This document shows, one piece after another, positions 8,340-13,540 of a DNA stretch of 13,540 nt. Every line of letters starts with the position of its first letter. Position 1 is the first letter of the stretch. The translations under genes and the position numbers were made by a program. Origin of the DNA: Pedosphaera sp. (GTDB taxonomy: Bacteria > Verrucomicrobiota > Verrucomicrobiia > Limisphaerales > SIBH01); NCBI GenBank assembly GCA_031414955.1, contig JANOQV010000267.1:1-13540 (forward strand). The letters are read 5' to 3'. The notes under the pieces were generated by a model. That model was given only the letters and a program-made list of their open reading frames with translations, searched no databases and had not been told where the DNA came from.

Positions 8340-9197
8340 ATGCCACCGCGCAAAGTCACCCCTCTCATTAGCACCGGGCTTCAGCCCGGTGTGGGGACGG
8401 CGAACGGATGCCCAACCGTTTTAACGGTTTTTCGCGACGACATGAAAACCGCTGAAGCGGTTGAAGACTTCGCGGGCGTGGAAATCACCCGGCTGAAGTC
8501 GGGTGCTAATGAGAAGGGAAACGTCCGAGCTTCGAGCAGCGACTGGCTCATCTGGCAGCTCGCCGACTCGGCTTTTCCCACTGGCGGCTTCGCGCATTCG
8601 GGCGGACTGGAAGCGGCAAGGCAGCATGGCGAAGTGCGCGGTGGTGAAACTCTGGAGGAATATCTTCGAGTGTCGCTAAACCAACTGACTCACGCGGCGA
8701 TGCCGTTCGTCCACGCCACCTTTTCCGGCGCGCATTCTTTCAAGGAAACGGATCAGCGTTGCGATGCCTTCTTCTCCAATCACGTTGCGAACCGGGCGAG
8801 CCGTGCGCAAGGGCAGGCCTTTCTGGCCTCGGCGGAACGAATCTTTGGCGGCGAGGACTTGAAGTCCTGGCGCGAGCAATTGCTGACCAGCGATGCGCCC
8901 GCTCATTTTGCGCCGGTGTTCGGAGTGGTCACGCGACTGCTTTCCATCGAGGCCTCGATGGCCGCGAGGCTGTTTGTTTTCACCCAACTGCGCGGCAGCA
9001 TCAGCGCCGCAGTGCGGTTGAACATCATCGGTCCGGGCGAGGGGCAGGCGATTCAACGCCGGCTGACCGATGCAGCAGAAAGCGCGGCCCGCCGCTTCGG
9101 CCTGGTGGCACTCGAAGACGTTGCACAAACCGCGCCGTTGTTCGATCTCTGGCAGGGCACGCAGGATCGCCTCTACTCGCGCCTCTTCCAGAGCTGA
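8340..9197 (+). CDS. ureF: Urease accessory protein UreF, with a repeat-derived N-terminal insertion
   Basis: WQLADSAFPTGGFAHSGGLEAA, ASRAQG, SAAVRLNIIGP..GQ and C-terminal LYSRLFQS. Directly follows ureC. Confidence 0.9.
   Translation: MPPRKVTPLISTGLQPGVGTANGCPTVLTVFRDDMKTAEAVEDFAGVEITRLKSGANEKGNVRASSSDWLIWQLADSAFPTGGFAHSGGLEAARQHGEVRGGETLEEYLRVSLNQLTHAAMPFVHATFSGAHSFKETDQRCDAFFSNHVANRASRAQGQAFLASAERIFGGEDLKSWREQLLTSDAPAHFAPVFGVVTRLLSIEASMAARLFVFTQLRGSISAAVRLNIIGPGEGQAIQRRLTDAAESAARRFGLVALEDVAQTAPLFDLWQGTQDRLYSRLFQS
8364..8513. repeat. 150-bp REP/BIME-like palindromic element in frame within ureF
   Basis: IR 8364-8391 vs 8486-8513 (25/28). Two internal palindromes AACCGTTTTAACGGTT and AACCGCTGAAGCGGTT. 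Spans codons 9-58 of the ORF. Confidence 0.85.
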
Positions 9198-9210
9198 GCT
9201 TTTCCCGAGC

Positions 9211-9276
9211 GCGGCGCAGCGGGCGGGCACGGCGACGGTGGATGTTCATTACGACCTGGCCGACGCGGACAGCAGC
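9211..9276 (+). pseudogene. 66-bp relic of a paralog of the DGR target gene N-terminus (direct repeat of 10386-10451)
   Basis: 59/66 nt identical. AAQRAGTATVDVHYDLADADSS vs AVQRAGTASVDIYYDLADADSS (18/22 aa). Confidence 0.85.
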
Positions 9277-9300
9277 ACTCGACCACCTCAATAACGTGCC

Positions 9301-9329
9301 TCGACTCCCCGGCCCACGTCGCCTAACCT
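9301..9329 (+). promoter_or_regulatory. Candidate sigma70 promoter for a leaderless TA transcript
   Basis: TCGACT (9301-9306), 17-nt spacer, TAACCT (9324-9329). The ATG at 9336 follows after 6 nt and has no Shine-Dalgarno sequence. Confidence 0.45.
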
Positions 9330-9335
9330 CTGACC

Positions 9336-9581
9336 ATGACAACGACTGCGGAAGTCAATGGACTCACCGGGCAACTGGCCGAGTTGGTGAAGCAAGTTCA
9401 GGCCGGCCACGAGGTGCTGTTGACGCAAGGCCACAAGCCCGTGGCCCGGCTCGTGTCGGCGGCGGAAAAAGAGATTGCCCCCGGAGCACCTCTCCCGATT
9501 CGTTCTTTCAAGGGCCGCCGAGTTTTGACCCCTTCCATTTCCCAGGCGGAACTGGCCGGAGAAATGTTTGACCGCCCATGA
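9336..9581 (+). CDS. Type II antitoxin, Phd/YefM family
   Basis: 81 aa. LAELVKQVQAGHEVLLTQGHKPVARLV matches the Phd/YefM pattern. ATGA overlap with the downstream PIN gene. Confidence 0.85.
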   Translation: MTTTAEVNGLTGQLAELVKQVQAGHEVLLTQGHKPVARLVSAAEKEIAPGAPLPIRSFKGRRVLTPSISQAELAGEMFDRP

Positions 9582-10006
9582 CCGGGTTGGACTGCAACAT
9601 CCTCGTTCAACTTGCCCTGGCTGATCATCCCGCCAACGCGGCCACGGCCGCCGCCGTTCAAGCCGAAGCCCAGCGTGGTGAGCCGTTGGTCTTTCCCTCG
9701 CTGGTCGTGACTGAATTCCTGCATGTCGTCACGGATGCGCGGCGGTTCGATCCGCCTCTGACCATGATCGAGGCCTTGGACTGGATGGAGGAACTTCTGG
9801 CGAACCCTGCCTTCAAACTGCTGGAACCGACGCCGGAAAGCCTGCGACAAACTTTTCTTTGGATGCGGCAGTTCAACCTGGGCCGCAAACGCATCCTCGA
9901 CACTCATCTCGCCGCTGTTCTTCACACCGCCGGAGTGCGCCGCCTGCTCACGTCCAATCCCGGCGACTTCACGGTCTTTGGCGTCCTCGAAACAGTCGTG
10001 CCGTGA
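9578..10006 (+). CDS. vapC: PIN-domain VapC-family toxin
   Basis: 142 aa. LDCNILV, VVTEF, ILDTHLAA and LLTSNPGDF supply the PIN acidic residues. Coupled to the antitoxin. Confidence 0.88.
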   Translation: MTGLDCNILVQLALADHPANAATAAAVQAEAQRGEPLVFPSLVVTEFLHVVTDARRFDPPLTMIEALDWMEELLANPAFKLLEPTPESLRQTFLWMRQFNLGRKRILDTHLAAVLHTAGVRRLLTSNPGDFTVFGVLETVVP

Positions 10007-10028
10007 GTGAGCGTGCCGCTTGAACAGT

Positions 10029-10182
10029 GGTGGCACGGGCAACCTGCCCGTCCCGCCGGGCCACTGGCCCGGCGGAATGGGAGAGCGGATTGAATTGGAG
10101 CGGCGGTCGGAAAATGTTGGAGCCGTCCTCCCATTTCGCTCGGCAGGTTGCCGCGCGACACAGGCAGGTTGCCTGTGCTACC
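10029..10182. repeat. GTRG-type REP doublet (REPIN-like)
   Basis: 10029-10051 GGTGGCACGGGCAACCTGCCCGT vs the reverse complement of 10160-10182, GGTAGCACAGGCAACCTGCCTGT (20/23). Further nested palindromes and an inner IR (10076-10083 / 10128-10135). Confidence 0.8.
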
Positions 10183-10283
10183 CGGCGCATCTTCATTCCG
10201 CCCCTCTTTGCGCTCTCTGCGTTCTTTCGCGGCCAAGATTTCCCGCCTTGTTTTTCGGCGGGATTTGGCGCTCACTCCGCCGC

Positions 10284-11513
10284 GTGAACCTCCGCCCGGC
10301 TCTGATCACCCTGCTGGCACTCGCAATGTTTGCCCACGGACTGGGCCGGGCGCTGGCGGCGGCGCCGGTGGTTTCCAATGTGCGGGCGGTGCAGCGGGCG
10401 GGGACGGCCTCGGTGGATATTTATTACGACCTGGCGGACGCGGACAGCAGCGTGCTGACGGTGAGCGTGGCCGTGTCCACCAATGGTGGAGCGAATTACA
10501 CGGCAGGAGCGGCGAGTTTTTCGGGGGCGCTGGGCGCCGGTCTGGCGCCGGGGAACAACCAGCGGATTATCTGGAACGCCGGGGTGGACCTGCCCGCCAG
10601 GTTGTTCTCGAATGTGCGGGTGAGCGTGACCGCTTCGGATGACCCGGCCCCCTCCGGCATGGCGCTCATTCCCGCTGGGAGCTTCACGATGGGCACGTTC
10701 ACAAATGATGGAGGCGGCAGCGATGAACTGCCGCTGCACTCCGTCTATGTCTCGGCCTTTTACATGGACCGGACGGAAGTGACGAAGGCGTTATGGGATG
10801 AGGTGTACAACTGGGCCACGAACCACGGCTACAGTTTTGCTTACGCGGACAGCGGTCAGGGGAAGGCGGCGAATCACCCGGCGCAGCGCATGACTTGGCA
10901 TGACGCGGTGAAGTGGTGCAATGCGCGGAGCGAGAAGGAGGGGCGGGTGCCGGCGTATTACACAAACGCGGGGCAGACGGCGGTGTATCGCAGCGGGCAG
11001 CTCAGCGTGAGCAATTCCTGGGTGAAGTGGGATCGGGGCTATCGTTTGCCGACGGAGGCGGAGTGGGAAAAGGCGGCGCGGGGCGGAACCGGCGGGCATC
11101 GGTTTCCCTGGGGCGACACGGACACGATCACGCACGGCCGGGCGAACTACAACAGCAGTGCCAGCTATGCCTACGATGTCAGTTCCACGCGGGGCTATCA
11201 TCCGACGTTTAACGATGCGGTGACTCCTTACACCAGTCCGGTGGGGTATTTTGCGCCGAATGGTTACGGGCTTTACGACATGGCGGGGAATGTGTGGGAG
11301 TGGAACTGGGATTGGTATTCGAGCACGTATTACAGTTCCTCGCCGGGAAGCGATCCGCGTGGTCCCACAACAGGCTCGCACCGCGTGCTTCGGGGCGGCT
11401 GTTGGTACATCAACGCGATCTACTGCCGGTCGGCGTTCCGCATCTACCGCACTCCGACGTCCCGGTACAACGGCTTTGGGTTCCGTTCCGTTCTCCCCCC
11501 AGGTCAGCTATGA
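10284..11513 (+). CDS. DGR target protein: signal peptide, beta-rich (Ig-like?) domain, FGE-sulfatase/SUMF1 (CLec-fold) domain with C-terminal VR
   Basis: Likely start GTG 10284 (MNLRPALITLLALAMFAHGLGRALA/AAP). Motifs MALIPAGSFTMG, FYMDRTEVT, YRLPTEAEWEKAARGG, NGYGLYDMAGNVWEW, RVLRGG..GFRSV. The longer ORF from 10020 runs through a REP element. Confidence 0.92.
   Translation: MNLRPALITLLALAMFAHGLGRALAAAPVVSNVRAVQRAGTASVDIYYDLADADSSVLTVSVAVSTNGGANYTAGAASFSGALGAGLAPGNNQRIIWNAGVDLPARLFSNVRVSVTASDDPAPSGMALIPAGSFTMGTFTNDGGGSDELPLHSVYVSAFYMDRTEVTKALWDEVYNWATNHGYSFAYADSGQGKAANHPAQRMTWHDAVKWCNARSEKEGRVPAYYTNAGQTAVYRSGQLSVSNSWVKWDRGYRLPTEAEWEKAARGGTGGHRFPWGDTDTITHGRANYNSSASYAYDVSSTRGYHPTFNDAVTPYTSPVGYFAPNGYGLYDMAGNVWEWNWDWYSSTYYSSSPGSDPRGPTTGSHRVLRGGCWYINAIYCRSAFRIYRTPTSRYNGFGFRSVLPPGQL
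11372..11502 (+). repeat. DGR variable repeat (VR)
   Basis: Ungapped match to 13144-13274 at offset 1772, with 20 mismatches all opposite TR adenines. Encodes [43 protein letters not shown]. Confidence 0.97.
11476..11513 (+). promoter_or_regulatory. Candidate IMH (initiation of mutagenic homing) region
   Basis: 27-nt invariant tail 11476-11502 shared with TR, then divergence (VR GTCAGCTATGA vs TR CTCAACCCGGC), as expected for IMH vs IMH*. Confidence 0.6.
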
Positions 11514-11677
11514 GCATAAACAGAAAAAGTGGAGCGGAGCAGGCGAGGCGGAGCGAGGGACGAGCACAGCCTGACTGCGGAGCGACTGGGAGAAGGCAAG
11601 CGAGTGAAAATTGAGAAAGAAAAGCCCGCGCAGCGGTCGCGAATTTTTGAAAGTCCTGCTTTGTCTGTGAAGCAAAC

Positions 11678-12139
11678 GTGCAACTGAAACTGTTTATTCT
11701 GCCGGTGAAGAACCTGTCCGCCCCCGAGGCGGAGATGAATGTCTTTCTGCGCTCGCACCGGGTGCTGGCGGTGAAGAAGGAGTTCGTGTGCGACGGCGAA
11801 AACTCGTTCTGGACGTTTTGCGTGGAATATCTGGAGTCCGCGCCCACCGCCACGGGCGCGAGCAGTCAGAGCAACCGGCCGAAGGTGGATTACAAAGAGG
11901 TGCTCAAGCCGGAGGAGTTTGAAGTATTCAGCCGGCTGCGGGAGTGGCGCAAGGGCGTGGCGGAGAAGGAAGGCGTGCCGGTGTATGTGGTGTTCACCAA
12001 CGAACAACTGGCGGAGATGGTGAAGAAGAAGGTGAGCAGCCAGGCGCAACTGAATCAGATCGAAGGCGTGGGCGACGCTCGCGTGGAGAAATACAGCGCG
12101 GCCGTGCTGGAGCGGCTGGTTTTCAACCCGGTGCCCTGA
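11678..12139 (+). CDS. HRDC-domain DGR accessory protein
   Basis: C-terminal FSRLREWRKGVAEKEGVPVYVVFTNEQLAEMV...LNQIEGVGDARVEKY is a typical HRDC domain. Its stop overlaps the RT start (TGATG at 12137-12141). Confidence 0.9.
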   Translation: MQLKLFILPVKNLSAPEAEMNVFLRSHRVLAVKKEFVCDGENSFWTFCVEYLESAPTATGASSQSNRPKVDYKEVLKPEEFEVFSRLREWRKGVAEKEGVPVYVVFTNEQLAEMVKKKVSSQAQLNQIEGVGDARVEKYSAAVLERLVFNPVP

Positions 12140-13428
12140 TGAAACGCCACGGACAACTGATGCCAAAGATCGCGGACGCGGAGAACCTGCGGCTGGCGTT
12201 CTGGAAAGCGGCCAAGGGCAAGCGCGGCCAGGCCGATTGCGTGGCGTTCGGGGAGCGGCTGGATGACAACCTCGACGCCTTGAGGGTGGAATTGCTGGCC
12301 GGCGACGTGCCAGTGGGCGACTACCACTATTTCAGGGTGCATGACCCCAAGGAGCGGCTGATTTGCGCGGCGACGTTCCGCGAGCGGGTATTGCACCACG
12401 CGCTGATGAACGTGTGCGAGCCAGTGCTGGAGCGCGCGGCGGTGTTTGACAGCTACGCCTGCCGCAAGGGCAAGGGACGGCTGCTCGCAGTAGAGCGGGC
12501 GCAGGGTTACGCGCGGACGCACCGGTGGTTTCTGAAGATGGACATCCGCAAGTATTTCGATTCGGTTCATCAGACGACGCTGCGGGAGTTGCTGGAGCGG
12601 AAGTTCAAAGACCCGGTGTTACTGGGCGTATTTGACCGCATCCTCGGCAGCTATCACACCGCGCCCGGACGCGGCCTGCCGATTGGGAACTTGACCTCGC
12701 AGCATTTTGCGAATTTTTACCTCGACCCGCTAGACCGGTTCCTCAAGGAGACGCTCGGGCGCGGGGCGTACGTACGCTACATGGATGACTTCGTGGTGTG
12801 GGGCGGGAGCGGGTGCGAACTGCGCGGCGTGTGCGAACAGGCGCGCGCATTTCTGGCGGCGGAATTGAAGCTGGAATTGAAGGCCAACACCGCCATCAAC
12901 CGGACGGCTTTCGGGATGGATTTTCTGGGCTACCGCCTGTTCCCCGGCACGGTGCGGCTGGCGCGGCGGAGCAAGGTGCGATTGGCGCGAAAGTTTCAGC
13001 GGTATGAAGCGGCGCATCTGCGAGGGGAATGGAGCGAACTGGTTTTGCAGCAGCGGATGCAGGCGCTGCTGGCCTTCGTGATGCCGGTGGAGAGCGGAGC
13101 CTTTCGGCGGCATGTCCTGCAACGCTTTGGGGTGGCGGCCAAAAGGCTCGAACCGCGTGAATCGGGGCGGCAGTTGGAACAACAACGCGATCAACTGCCG
13201 GACGGCGAACCGCAACAACAACACTCCGACGAACCGGAACAACAACATTGGGTTCCGTTCCGTTCTCCCCCCAGCTCAACCCGGCTGCCGGAGGGCAGCG
13301 GGGCTGACCCGGCGGCCATCCTGTCCCCGGCGGGAGTTCCGCCGGGGCAAATACGCAACATCAAGCCGCCCGGTGCCAGTAGGCTGGCAGAGCCGGTCAA
13401 AAACTCCGGGCGGTTTCTTTCTATTTGA
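12139..13428 (+). CDS. DGR reverse transcriptase (429 aa, including a ~100-aa tail read through TR)
   Basis: [55 protein letters not shown] (DGR IGxxxSQ signature), [16 protein letters not shown] 12139 is coupled to the HRDC stop. Confidence 0.96.
   Translation: MKRHGQLMPKIADAENLRLAFWKAAKGKRGQADCVAFGERLDDNLDALRVELLAGDVPVGDYHYFRVHDPKERLICAATFRERVLHHALMNVCEPVLERAAVFDSYACRKGKGRLLAVERAQGYARTHRWFLKMDIRKYFDSVHQTTLRELLERKFKDPVLLGVFDRILGSYHTAPGRGLPIGNLTSQHFANFYLDPLDRFLKETLGRGAYVRYMDDFVVWGGSGCELRGVCEQARAFLAAELKLELKANTAINRTAFGMDFLGYRLFPGTVRLARRSKVRLARKFQRYEAAHLRGEWSELVLQQRMQALLAFVMPVESGAFRRHVLQRFGVAAKRLEPRESGRQLEQQRDQLPDGEPQQQHSDEPEQQHWVPFRSPPSSTRLPEGSGADPAAILSPAGVPPGQIRNIKPPGASRLAEPVKNSGRFLSI
13144..13274 (+). 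repeat. DGR template repeat (TR)
   Basis: AAC-rich copy of VR (13 AAC and 1 AAT codons in the VR frame; 36 adenines), located within the RT ORF. Confidence 0.97.
13281..13426 (+). ncRNA. Structured 3' spacer of the putative TR-RNA, ending in a terminator-like stem and T-rich tract
   Basis: Stems GCTGCC-GGAG-GGCAGC (13284-13299) and CCCCGGCGG/CCGCCGGGG (13325-13347). AAGCCGCCCGG/CCGGGCGGTTT (13363-13416) encloses TGCCAG-TAGG-CTGGCA and is followed by CTTTCTATTT. Confidence 0.5.
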
Positions 13429-13432
13429 TTTT

Positions 13433-13540
13433 ATGAAGCGACCGCTGGAGCAACTGCGGAATTGGGGAGCCGTGCTGCTCCTCGGCTTCACAGCAGCGCT
13501 GTCCACGGAGGCCGCGACCAGCACCGGCGTTTCACCGATC
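13433..13540 (+). CDS. 5' end of a probable secreted protein (partial, runs off the window)
   Basis: [36 protein letters not shown] has a basic N-region, hydrophobic core and TEA/A cleavage-like site. ATG lies 4 nt after the RT stop. Confidence 0.6.
   Translation, partial: MKRPLEQLRNWGAVLLLGFTAALSTEAATSTGVSPI

Larger units (their letters stand above)
10284..13428 (+). mobile_element. Diversity-generating retroelement cassette: target(VR) - HRDC - RT(TR)
   Basis: Co-oriented target, accessory and RT genes. 131-bp VR/TR pair differing only at TR adenines. DGR-type RT signature. Confidence 0.97.

Noticed and set aside
10020..10283. 88-aa N-terminal extension of the target ORF in the ORF track
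   Set aside because: It runs through the REP doublet (10029-10182) and a low-complexity CTTTGCG-type repeat. A good signal peptide starts at GTG 10284.
10650..11513. Target as a true formylglycine-generating enzyme
   Set aside because: The region that would carry the catalytic core is the hypervariable VR, and one of its Cys codons arises from an A>T change. A binding-scaffold role fits better.
11944..12138. N-terminal extension of the RT ORF (494-aa version)
   Set aside because: It overlaps the HRDC gene out of frame. ATG 12139 is coupled to the HRDC stop, and RT-like sequence begins there.
13178..13247. AAC triplet runs as a microsatellite or CRISPR-like array
   Set aside because: Fully explained as TR Asn codons. 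There is no repeat-spacer periodicity and no cas gene.
12139..13428. Group II intron or retron interpretation of the RT
   Set aside because: It has the IGxxxSQ signature instead of the PQG motif, no recognisable maturase or endonuclease domain, and a VR/TR pair is present.
13112..13540. Stop-free frame from ATG 13112 through TR (VR frame) into the 13433 gene
   Set aside because: TR is necessarily open in this frame and the following GC-rich ~160 nt can lack stops by chance. The signal peptide at 13433 argues for an independent start.

Overview
GC-rich chromosomal window, probably from a PVC-superphylum bacterium (Verrucomicrobiota-like; inferred from a PVC-type CxxCH heme protein). The main feature is an apparently intact diversity-generating retroelement (DGR) at about 10284-13428. 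It consists of a signal-peptide-bearing target gene with a C-terminal FGE-sulfatase/CLec-fold domain and variable repeat (VR 11372-11502), an HRDC-domain accessory gene (no avd seen), and a DGR-type reverse transcriptase. The template repeat (TR 13144-13274) lies inside the 3' end of the RT reading frame. VR and TR align without gaps over 131 bp with 20 mismatches, all at TR adenines. Upstream of the DGR are a Phd/YefM-VapC toxin-antitoxin pair, a 66-bp relic of a paralogous target gene, and a broken urease cluster (5'-deleted ureC, ureF). The left half holds an IS630 end abutting a DUF3883 nuclease fragment, a large PVC heme-binding dehydrogenase-like gene, a CotH-family kinase and a beta-CASP MBL ribonuclease. 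Several REP/MITE-like palindromic elements are present, two of them sitting in-frame inside genes.
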